From: the human T2T-CHM13v2.0 reference genome, Homo sapiens
Strand: one strand, 5' to 3'
DNA length: 64,000 nucleotides
NCBI RefSeq assembly: GCF_009914755.1
Contig: NC_060935.1
Shown here one piece after another: positions 1-10,458 of the stretch (position 1 is the stretch's first letter; every line of letters begins with the position of its first letter). The notes beneath the pieces are model-generated. The model was given only the letters and a program-made list of their open reading frames with translations. It made no database searches and had not been told where the DNA came from. The position numbers were made by a program, and so were the translations under genes.

Positions 1-65
1 AAGTGATCTGCTCACCTTGGCCTCCTAAAGTTCTGCGATTACAGGTGTGAGCCTCTTCGCCCAGC
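1..65 (-). mobile_element. Alu 5' end (window-truncated), inserted in the SRSF8-like 3'UTR copy
   Basis: aagtgatctgctcaccttggcctcctaaagttctgcgattacaggtgtgagc is the reverse complement of the Alu left-arm start. Confidence 0.9.
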
Positions 66-834
66 GTGTATTTGATTCTATAGTGCTGATATTTTTGGTT
101 TGAAATGAACAGGTTGGTAACCTAATTTGTGGCCTCCTGTCTCTTAAGAAATGTGTGCAGCCATTACACACAGCCGAACGCTGTCACGGCATTGCCTCAA
201 AACTGCCTTCATTCCTTAAAGTTAAAAACTTACAAAAGGCGGTATAAATGTATATGTGTAATGTTATTACCTTTATATCTAACTGGTAATATGACCCAAA
301 TTTGTATAAAGATTTTTCAGGTGAAAAGACCGGGTTTTGAGCAAACACAATTCTAATCTCTTCTGTGTTTTTGTGTACCAGGCCCGGCTGCATAGCAGTT
401 GAGTGATGCTGGTTAGCTGTTAAGGTGGCCTGTTGCAGTGCAGAGTGCTGAGCTGTTTCCTGTTTTCTTCTGATTGCTCCTGAAAAAAGAAGCCCTGTCC
501 TGAAGAACAAATGGCTGTTCAGTTTATTAAAATGCCTGTCAACTGCCCTTCCAGTCACCCAGGCCTGGAAGAGAAATAATAGAGCATGCAGTGAGCACAT
601 CTAGCTGATATGATAATCACACCTCTTCCCCCTCCCTATTCTGTTAAATGGCAAATCTGATCATGTCAACATACATGAACTTAAAATATGGGGAATGTTA
701 TGGAAGAAATGGTTTGTAACTGTAGGTACTTACAACATGGTGTATGTTTTTGATTATGAATATTTCTTACTATAACCGTGTTTCTATCATTGAATTAAAA
801 TGTTTTCTTGGTGTTACCTTTTCTCAAAATAAAA
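66..834 (+). pseudogene. 3'UTR of a second SRSF2/SRSF8-type retrocopy (probably the SRSF8B pseudogene; its CDS would lie left of the window)
   Basis: Colinear with SRSF8 3'UTR ~29390-30148 (e.g. ttggtaacctaatttgtggcctcctg; gcagttgagtgatgctggttagct; gagcatgcagtgagcacatctagctga). ATTAAA at ~794 followed by A-rich remnant aaaataaaa at 826-834. Confidence 0.9.
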
Positions 835-1454
835 CTAGAAATATTTTGTAGAAAGTTGGTGGTTTTATTTTGCTGTTGGATACTTTCTGCTATTTGTACT
901 TTTGGGAAAATTATGTTACCAAGTTTCTCATAGGATTCAATTATAATTAAAAAAAACTCTACAAGGTTTAGCTATGTGCTTTATTATTTTATCACAATGT
1001 AGTTTCTTTGTACACTCTTTCTTTCCTCTTCCTCCCTGTGATTTTTAACTTCTAAAGGTCTTTTCAAAGAATCAGATTTTGATTTTCGTTATTACCTATA
1101 CTGGGTGTAATATTTTCTTTTGTAATTGTTTCTGCTTATACCTTTATTTTCTTTCCTTTATTTTAATTCATCCCGCTTACTGAGTTGAGTGCTAAATTCA
1201 ATCATTTTTGAACTTGCTGATTTTTTTCTTTCAGTTCAATTAGATACTCCTCTTTATATATGTTATGATTTGACCTTGAATCCTGATATTAACACACCAT
1301 ACCAATCTGCCATAATCGATCCATCCTGGGTGGTGGAACTGATGGCCTCTGTACAGTTAAAGCTGTGGTTGAAGCCTGCGTGGCGTCACTAAGTTACTAA
1401 GGTAGCTTAAATCTCAGCATTTTGTTTGTCACACATTTGTCTTCAAATATTCTG
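835..1454 (+). repeat. Paralog of the predicted KDM4F 5'UTR intron (segmental duplication)
   Basis: Aligns with ~9500-10035 and ~30150-30457 (gaaaattat, tagctatg, tttctgctt, tcctgat.ttaacac, caaatattctg). Confidence 0.8.
1308..1390 (-). pseudogene. Inverted ~80-bp KDM4 JmjC fragment
   Basis: Reverse complement reads ccacgcaggcttcaaccacagctttaactgtacagaggccatcagttccaccacccaggatggatcgattatggca (HAGFNHSFNCTEAI..WIDYG), matching KDM4F ~11286-11361. Confidence 0.85.
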
Positions 1455-3170
1455 AAATATACTGGACTCGACCACACCAGACGTTTGAAGATTTGGAAAG
1501 AAAATACCGGAAGAACCTCAGCCTCCTATTTGATGAAAACAGTAAATAATGTAATCCTGGACACGTAGGAACAATTCAGGACTTTCTGGAGCAGGAATAT
1601 GAGGTTTTCATCGAAGAGAGTGTCAACACACCCTACCTGTACTTTGGCAATGTGGATGACCACCTTTCCATAGCTCATGGAGGACATGGACCTTTACATC
1701 AACTACCATCACTTCAGAGAGCCCCTATATTGGTACGCAGTGCCCCAAAACCATAGTTGGCACCTGGAATGCTCAGTCAGGGAGCTTTTCCAGGTAGTTC
1801 TCAGGGTTATGAGGCCTTCCTGTGGCACTAGATGGCCCTCATCGTGCCCACCGTGCTCATGCAGAATGGGATTCCCTTCAATAGCATGAGTCAGGAGGCT
1901 GGAGAGTTCACAGTGACATTTCCCTATGACTACAACACAGGCTTCAACTGCAAAGAGGCCATCAATTTAACCACCCAGGATGGGTAGATTATGGCAATAT
2001 GGCCCCTCAGTGTAGCTGTGGGGAGGACAGGGTGGCCTTTTCCATGGACGCCTTCATGCACATCATGAAACCTGATCATTGTGACCTATGGAAAAGCTAG
2101 CAAGATGGGGCCATTGTGGATCAAAGGGAGCCCAGGGTGCTGGCCAGCCAGGAGCTCATTACCTGGCAGGAGGACATTGTACCCGGACTGAAGCTCCCCT
2201 GGACCTGACTTCTTCTAGGCCTGTGGTCCTGGATGGTGGGACCTACCACTGAGCCCATATGTACAGTTGCAGTTTCCCTGGTTCCCCGTGGCAGCCCAGG
2301 AAACTGATGCCCATCCAAAGGTCATTGACCCCAGAGGCTCCCAAGAACACACCGTGGCCCACCATCTATCTTGGGTCTGTTTGCCCTGGTTCTCTGCCTG
2401 TCAACTGGAAGAGGTGGTCATGGTGGTCTTCTTCAGGAACTAGGAGCTCAGGAGGGGATCCTCTAGTCTCCCACCAAGTGGCACAGCACACAGAGCTCTT
2501 GATCCTGGGGCTTTGCCCCTACTTGGGATGGAACTTTGATAGACAAGCCTGTATCTCTCATGCCTGCATCTCAGTATCCCATCAAGGCTTCCAGGAGCTG
2601 CAGTGCCCCCATCTTCAACCTTTGGAGAGACTTTGGATCTGATGCTTTGATGTGTGCGTATCCGACATCCCCAGACAGTATGACACTGAACCACCCTGAC
2701 TATGTTCCACTGATTCCTCCCAACATCATTATGATGCTGAGAAGATTCTCCAGAGATGCTGCTGGAGAGTGCAAAGCCCCTTGAACCTGGCTGAGGTTGT
2801 AGCAATGGACCATTCTTATACCTCTGGGGTCTTGGCCCCAACTGATGTTGTCAGAATATGCTGGGCCCTGACTCATCTCCTGGGGCTGAAGCAAGACAGT
2901 GCCGCACCTCTGAATTTGGAGCTATGTGCCTCTGATACATTATCTTAATCCTTTGAACCCATGGCTACTGAATATATTGCCAAATGTGGCTGTCCCTCTG
3001 ACCATAACCTAACCCTACTAGCCAAAGAAGGCTCCACCCAAGCACAATTTGAGCCTGGGATTGTCTCAGTCTCTTTTACCTTGAAGAACTAATATATACC
3101 CAAGGCTACCAGAGGCTGTCTCCTGTTTATTAAATTAATTTTTCCTAGTGTGTATCTACCAAGTAAAGAA
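1455..3170 (+). pseudogene. KDM4D/E/F-like pseudogene (JmjN deleted; JmjC, C-tail and 3' end decayed)
   Basis: Colinear with KDM4F from ~10773 ([37 protein letters not shown]). Frameshifts, a TAG in the AWHTE motif, a 12-bp deletion in GFNHGFN. Ends with ATTAAA..tagtgtgtatct like 12989-13017. Confidence 0.92.
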
Positions 3171-3339
3171 AGGAATATCCTGAAAACATATTTTAAAATC
3201 ACTATTATAAAAGAGATAAACCTAAAGCTAAGTGATTCAGAATGATTGAAAAACAAAAGAATGGGCAAAACTAGATCAAGGAAAATGCAAGCAAAAGAAA
3301 AGAGGGGTGGTAGATCTTAACATAAAATGAATAAATTTC

Positions 3340-3610
3340 AGGTATTTCATATAAGCGCAATGATATAATATCTGTCTTTTTATTTCTAGTTGTTTCACTT
3401 AGCATGGTGTCCTCAAGGTGCATCCATGTTGCAGCATGTGTCAGAATTTCCTTCATTTTCAAGGTTGAATAATATTGCATCATATGTATACACCACATTT
3501 TGCTTATTCCAATCATCCATGGATGGACACTTGGGTTGTTTCCTCCTTTTGGCTATGTGCATGGTGCTGTTATGAACACTGGTATAAAAGTGTCTGTGTG
3601 AGTCCCTGGT
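3340..3610 (-). mobile_element. L1 (L1MA/MB-type) 3' fragment
   Basis: tttcacttagcatggtgtcctcaaggtgcatccatgttgcagcatgtgtcagaatttccttc...gatggacacttgggttgtttcc. Confidence 0.8.
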
Positions 3611-5666
3611 AAAACCATTTTAATCATCTTTTAGAAGTTCCATATTCTTCCTTGGACATCATTAATATGCCTTTGCATCTGCCTTGACTGGAGATCTGAT
3701 ATATATCTGTAGTAAATTAGTTTTTAATATCATCTTAATTTCAAAAATTGTAATTAAATTAAATTTAAACGAAATTAAAATGTTAGATTAAAAGTTAATT
3801 GTGTCACTTCTCATGAATTTGGGGAAACTTCTGACAGCAACATACCTTGTACTTCTCTACCAACTATATGCACACCAACATTTATTACTATGGGGGAGAA
3901 TTCATGGATCTCTCAGTTCTATCCTATGTCCCAGGTTTAGGAGTCTAGAGTTTCTTTCAATATCCCCTTATCATGGATGTCTCTGTGGCTTTGAAACAGA
4001 ATTTTCATTCTTCAAATAGTCAGTTAGAGCCTGGGGAAAGGTGTGCTCCACATCTTTTTATTCCTGCTAGTGGTAACTCACTATGGGTACCATGTGGCTC
4101 TGTGGGAAGCTGGGCATGGTGACCAGGTGGCTGTGTGGAGCCAGGAAGCTCTTGCCAAGCTCACAGCCAGCACTGTACATGCACTGAAGCTCACGAGATC
4201 CCTTTACCTGGCACAGGACGGGCAGTGCAAAGTTTGTGTGCTTCTGTCAGAGTGAGCGTGGGTGGGTAGTGGGCACTGCTTCTAGTGGGCTTCCTTCTCC
4301 CTGGCTTTCTGGTCTCAGAGGCTGCCAAAGTCCTGACTGTATCCACGTAGGGTGAGCACTTGCCCAGAGAATCCAGGGGTGGGTGTCCCAGGCCCCTCTG
4401 CTGGGCTCAGGCAGTACTTGGGAGAAGGTTACCCACGGAGTTTTCCGTGCTGGGCTTGTGTTTCTAGGAGGAAATCGGGAGGGGCGGGCATGGGCTGCAG
4501 GGTCCAGAGAGGATTGTACCACAGAGGTGGAGAAGAAAGTCCTGGTAAAGTCTCATTTCCCTCCTCTTTTCCTCCTCAGAACAAGCTCCACGAGGACATG
4601 GTGCAGGCTTAGGGCCAGAAGGTTGAGATCTAGCCTAGAACCCATGTGAGTTTGATTAAGGAAAAATTATAGTTGGTAAGAAACAAGTTGGAGTAGTGTT
4701 TGAAAAACCAGAGAATTTAAGTCACTTATTGTGTTGAGGACAGAAAAGAAATGGACACATATACAGATATAGAAAACAAACAAGTTTAACAAGGTACAAT
4801 GTATGCACCTGGTAATAGAGAATACTCACCTTTTTCAAGTGCTAATGAATGATTCACAAAATTAGACAATATATTAGGATGAAAACAAAACATCAATAAT
4901 TTATCAAAAGAAAAAGAAAAAATCAATACCATGCAATAAAACTAGAAATTAGTTTTAAAAATAGAAAATGTAGAGATGCTTTTTTCTGAAAGGTGAATAT
5001 TCTTTATTGGGCAAGCTTTAGATAAGAGGAAAACACAAGCCAAAACAGCGAAATTCCACTGGCTTTTCAAAGCTGTGGGTTATTTGACATTGTTAATTCA
5101 TTGGCTCAGTCCAATAAACAAGTCCTCACTAAGTAAGCAAGACAGTTTTTATCAGCAATGTGTGCTGTGCAGAAACTAAAACAGGATTAGATGACAGAGA
5201 AGAATGGGCAGGGGCTGCCTGAGCTGTGGGTTCCGGATGGATTCACAGAGCAGGAGACCTTTTTTGAGACCTAGTTGACCAAACGGCAAGTCCAGAGCAG
5301 AATTTTCCACTTACAGGGAACAGCAAGTACAATAGACCTACCATGGAAATTAGTGATTTTCTTTTTCCAGGAATACAAAAGAAGCTTACTTGTGTCTCGG
5401 GCAGAGAGGGGAAGGGAGAGAGTCTGGGGACAGAACATGTAGAGCTTCATGTTTCAAGTTAAATGCATTATTTGGTGTTCCTTCAACTTGAAGTGAGAAG
5501 GCATCAGAAGCTTAAAACAGCAGTTGACAAGATGTGATTGACACATTTAAATAATCAGCTTAGTGGCTCTATGGAGAGTTTGCAAGTAGGAGAAGCAGTT
5601 TGACCATTTATAATACAAGTGAGAGTGACAGTTGCTTAGGCTTAATTGTTAGTTTTGAAATTGCAT

Positions 5667-5890
5667 AGCCAGCCTCATCAACATAGTGAAACTCAGTTTC
5701 TGCAGAAGAAAGTTAAAAAAAAAATTACCTGGGTGTGGTGGCACACGCCTGTATTCCCAGCTACTCAGGAGGCTGAGAGAGGAGGATCACTTGAGCCTGG
5801 GAGGTCAAAGTTGCAGTCAGCCATGATTGCAGCACTGCAATCTAGCCTGGGTGACAGAGCCAGACTCTGTCTTTAAAACCAGCAACAAAA
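5667..5890 (+). mobile_element. 5'-truncated old Alu (AluJ-like), present only in copy A
   Basis: ctgggtgtggtggcacacgcctgtattcccagctactcaggaggctgag...gggtgacagagccagactctgtct; absent at the paralogous site ~20530-20540. Confidence 0.85.
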
Positions 5891-6199
5891 AGGAAGTGCA
5901 CAAAAGTGGACGGAACATATTTTGGAAATTGAAAATGATAGTTTTCATACAGAAAGAAACATTCTGAGAAGAAAGCCACCTTGCTCGTTAAGTACTATCC
6001 GTAATAGGACCCTTCTTTTCTTCCCCTATCAGCATTTCAGTAGGAAATTTTAAAGTTAGAGTAATCAGAAATTGGTGCTTCTCTAAAGTTTTCAATAAAC
6101 AGCAGAAAAACCCATACCTTCCTGCCTCTTCCATTCATTCAGGCAACTTTGTCTTTCCTAATGTAACAAGAGAAGGAAGTTTATTCTTTGGAAAATTCA

Positions 6200-6760
6200 A
6201 CCTGAGAGATGAACTCAGAGACTCCAGGCACAGAGGAGGATGGAGTGAGATGCCTGGCGGAAATGAGGTTAAAGCTAACACTGACATGGTGGAATCACAA
6301 GATGAAAGCATGCTGCATTCACAGGAAGGGAGTAGCCCTAGAGAGCTGCTGGACCCACAGCACATCTTGCATGACCAAGGAATAAACTTTTATGTGATAG
6401 GTAAAAGCCTCATTGCCTCTGGACTGCAGTCGGCAGACAGCCTTCAGCTGCAGAGAGCTGCCTCACCCAAGGCCATGCCTCTTCCCAATTCGGCTAACAT
6501 CCCATGACTTCCCGGTAGTGGAAGATAAAGCTTCACCATCTCTGCTCAACCCAGGACAACCTGCAAAGCCATTTGAGCTCCAGAGCTCCCTGCAGGATCG
6601 GCTGCCTATCTTTGGCTCTAACCCACAGATCGACATTTCCCTGTGCTCACACCTGCTTCCCCCTCCTCCCTTTCTCAGATACGGATCCAAAGGACACTCT
6701 TTAAGAAAGATCTTGGTGCTGACGTCTTAGAGTATGCTCTATAGTAAACCTGACCTGCAA
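6200..6760 (+). mobile_element. Ancient LTR remnants (MLT1-like followed by LTR16-like ERVL LTR); paralog at ~20865-21410
   Basis: ggaataaacttttatgtg (MaLR-like 3' part) then gacagccttcagctgcagagagctgcctcacccaaggccatgcctcttcc (LTR16-like). Confidence 0.55.
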
Positions 6761-9329
6761 GTGTACTTTAGGTTTGTGTTTAAATGGCATATTTCCTTGA
6801 GAGAATAAAGATCAATCACCACCCTGCTGAAATTATATTCCTTCTTTGCATGGTTATTCAGTGATGTGAGGAGATTGAAATGGCCATTTGGGAATCTCAG
6901 CTTCCTATGTATGGCATTATTGTTGTGACTCCATTGAAAACATGTTCCTTTGAACACCAGAAGTCATGAGGACAAAAAGCAAACATCTTACATTGGCATG
7001 ATGAATGAGTCCCTGTTTTATGCCTGGATTTACTGGAACCATGCACTCTGGCTCTGAGAGGAACAGTCTCATGTCCAGAGCAATGGTTTCTCACATGCAT
7101 TGCTAGTGGGAATATGACATCATACAGCCCCTTTGAAAAACTGTGTCAGTCTTCTATAAACTTGCACACTCATCTGTCTCTGGCAAATCTCCTTCTAGGT
7201 ATCTGCTCAATTGGTAAGAATGAAGAACTGTGAACAATCCATATATCTCTGAAAAGATGAGTAGAAAAACTATAGTGTATTAAAATATTATTCATCAATT
7301 GAAAGGAGTGAACTGCTGGTGCATGCAACAGGATAGATGATCTCACAAACATCCCATATGGGAAAAGTAGCAAAATCCAAGTGAATACATACTGTATGAT
7401 TCCATTCCTATTCATTCCCAAATCAGGCCATAGTCCCCTGCAATCATAGAACTTAGAAAGTGGTTGCCTCTGGTGGCAAGTTGGGATTGGCTGGAAAGCT
7501 TCTGTCCTGCGAGAATCCTATGGGGCTGTGCTAATGTTCTACATCTTTTATGTGTTGATTACATGGGTGTATATAATTTTTAAAACTCACTAAAGTGGAG
7601 ACCTAAGATCTATGTGTTTTACTGCCTGTATCTTAAACTGGAGAAAAGCAAATAGGAGACAAGACAAGGGCAGCTAGAAAAGTAAGAACCATCTTACTAA
7701 ATTCTAGAAAGCTCAATCTTGGGTTAGCATGCCAGGCAAGTAGTTGTTTACTCTATTTTTTGTTGTTTTTATTGTACCATTATTTTTCACCGTTTCTTTC
7801 TTTTTATGAATGCATTTGATCCTCGGTTGGTTGAATCCACTGCTGCTGAACCCAGAGGATATGGAGGCCTGACTGCCTTCTGTGACCAAGATATCTATTC
7901 ATAGACAGGAGTACATGTGAGCCCCAAGCGCTATCCATGTCCAAGCATTTTCAGAGCAACATTTTTTGTAAGAGGTCAAAAGTAGAAAGGAACTAAATAC
8001 CCATTAAAAACGCAAACATTTATACCATTGAATAAATTACAGCAAGGAAACAAGACAAAGTACAGCTGTACAGAAGAACATAGATGAGGGAAATGCCACA
8101 CAAAAAATACATGAAAATACATAAAACACAATTCTATTTATATTTATATAGGGTCATAACATTTTCAAAATAGACAATATTTTAATTAATTTAATTTGTT
8201 TAGAATTCTTAGGAAAGAGAGCTTTGTCACTTCTCAGCTGTTTGTTTACTTAATCTTTAATTTATATCAGTATGAACTCATAGATATTTATTTCATATTT
8301 AGGATTATAATTCAATTTACATATTTTCTTGCTCAATTTGTTGGAGATTTGGCCATTGGGAATTGTTTTCCTTCTGTCCCACTGGAAGTAACCGCATTTT
8401 TTATTGTGTGTATTTACGGAGTTTTTATTTTCCATGGCTACAAATGCTTTGGGCTCTTTCTGTATATTACTTGCCCAGGTCTAGAAAGTGTTCTTTATCA
8501 ATACTTCCACTTATGTATTTTTTCTTTAAAAAACTATCAGATTTTAGTTTTATTAATCACCTTTTAGTATACATTTTCCCTTTTATCTTTCTATCATTAC
8601 TTCTATCTTTCATTTTCTTCTGCAGAATTTTGTTCCATTTTGTTTTTACTCACTGCTTGAGTTCAAAGTGAAGATCAATAGGATTTTAGAAATGTGCATA
8701 TTAATTTTCAAATAAATATGGATTCAAATAAATTTGGATTCAGGTTTTGTATTGTTGACTTTCAATTTCATTTCATTTTGGCCAGTATATTCATTTAATA
8801 TAATTTTTATTTGATATTTACTTTGTAGTCCTATATTGGTAAATTTATCTATTATAAACGTTACCTATGTACCGAAAAGCATTTCACATTTGCTTTTTAA
8901 TTGTTACAATCTCTATCCTCAAAGTTCTTAAGCTTGTACATATTACTAAACATTAATTTTCTGCTCTACCTTATTGGTTTCTGAAAGGATAATGTTAAAC
9001 ACACACACACACACACAACTCCCAGCACGATTGCAGATTTTACTGTTTGACCTTACAACAACTCTCAGTCTTGGCTTCAGTGTGTCACTGTTGTGTGGTT
9101 AGGTGCATAAAGTTCATCCCTATAATATTTTCCTATGAATTTTTTTTCGTTAACTATAAAATGTCCCTCTTGGATCTTATATATACACTGGATATTAATA
9201 TTGTTACCCTCGGTTTCTTTTAGTATTTATTTAGATTCCCTGTTCCCATAACTTGACTTTTAATCACTTAGCATTGTTATAGGATTTAAATGTAAAACAA
9301 AAGGGAGAGGCACAAACGGGTGGGATGCC

Positions 9330-9400
9330 TAATCTGGACCCAGCCCAGTGATTACATTAGCTGGGCACTGATTGGGTTAGGATGCCGCCCAGGTATAAAG
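9330..9400 (+). promoter_or_regulatory. Predicted KDM4F promoter: two DUX4-type motifs 20 bp apart plus TATA box
   Basis: TGATTACATTA 9349-9359 (one mismatch to TAAYYYAATCA on the reverse strand), TGATTGGGTTA 9369-9379 (perfect, rc TAACCCAATCA), TATAAA 9394-9399. Confidence 0.8.
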
Positions 9401-9491
9401 CCAGGGTCTTTGCAACGTGGGGCTGCATTTGGAGTTCAGCTACCAAGAGGAAACCTTCTCTCTGGGTCCTGGAGTATTTTCATCAGGAATT

Positions 9492-10073
9492 GTGAGTTTT
9501 TGGTGGAAGTTAGGTCATTTTATTTCTCTGTTGGAGCACTTTTTGATATTTGTCCTACTGAGAAAATTATTCTCACTCAAGTTGCTCATAAGTTTCAGTT
9601 AAAATTTTTAAAACATCTCAGCAAGATTTTTAGCTATGCCCCCTAAGTTATCTCAATTGTTTCATTTGTATTTTCTTTTCTCTTCATGCCTATGGCTTTT
9701 TACTTCTCACCATCTTTTTAAAAAGTCAAGTTTTAGCTTTTTGTCATCATTCCTATTGGAGGTTCTGTTTCCTTTTGCAATGGTTTCTGCTTGTGTCTTT
9801 ATTTTCATTGTTTCCTTTGATGTTAATGCATCCAGTTTCTTGAGTGGATTGCTTAATTCATTCCTTTGCAAACTTGATCATTTTCACTCTTAGTTTGATT
9901 AGATGCTGCTCTTTTTCTGTTTTATTATTTGACCTTATATCCTGATGTTAACACAGCATACCCTTTAGTTTAGCTTAATACTAGCTGAGTATTTCTTTTG
10001 TCTGGTTATACATGTATTTTCAAATATTCTGTATTTTGTGTTGTTATTTAGGTTTACTGATTTGATTTCCTAG
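9492..10073 (+). other. Predicted 5'UTR intron of KDM4F
   Basis: Donor tt|GTGAGT at 9492; branch-like tactgat at 10055 and tttgatttccTAG acceptor ending 10073; T-rich body. Splicing removes all upstream ATGs. Confidence 0.6.
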
Positions 10074-10458
10074 AAGAGACGCCCGGGTACAGTGCAGTTA
10101 CCAGCAACTGGGGCACCCAAGCCTGAGAATCAAGAGAAGCCTCACAGTGACACCCCCAACTGAGGAAACTCACAGAGCTGCAGGTGGAGCTGGGACTCCA
10201 GCTGGGGTGCCTGCCCCACTGGGACATATTCTATTTTCTTTGGACAAAAAAATACTGACTACAGCAGAGTCCCCCTGGGAAGTCAGAAGCCTCTGAAAGA
10301 TCTCACTTGTTCAAAAGTTCAAGTGTGAATTACTCCCTCACAGATAAACCAAAGTATTTTGAAAAAACAAAGCAGAGAAAAGAAATTCCTCCCCAGCACT
10401 CTCAGGCATTTAGAGGACACCGAAGAACTTGGGAGTCAGCTGCTTCTTGTGTGCAGCC

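Larger units (their letters stand above)
5093..9491 (+). repeat. Upstream/promoter block of the KDM4 unit, copy A
   Basis: Colinear with ~19984-22420 and ~26409-28103; shares L2, MLT1/LTR16-like, L1 and MER2 remnants and the promoter. Confidence 0.92.

Noticed and set aside
6135-6730. Similar short ORFs here and at 20839-21166, suggesting a conserved small gene
   Set aside because: Similarity is explained by the segmental duplication of LTR remnants; starts and stops differ between the copies
10429-10458. 648-aa KDM4F ORF starting at TTG 10429
   Set aside because: Near-cognate start chosen by the ORF finder; the Kozak ATG at 10459 matches the KDM4E-type N-terminus
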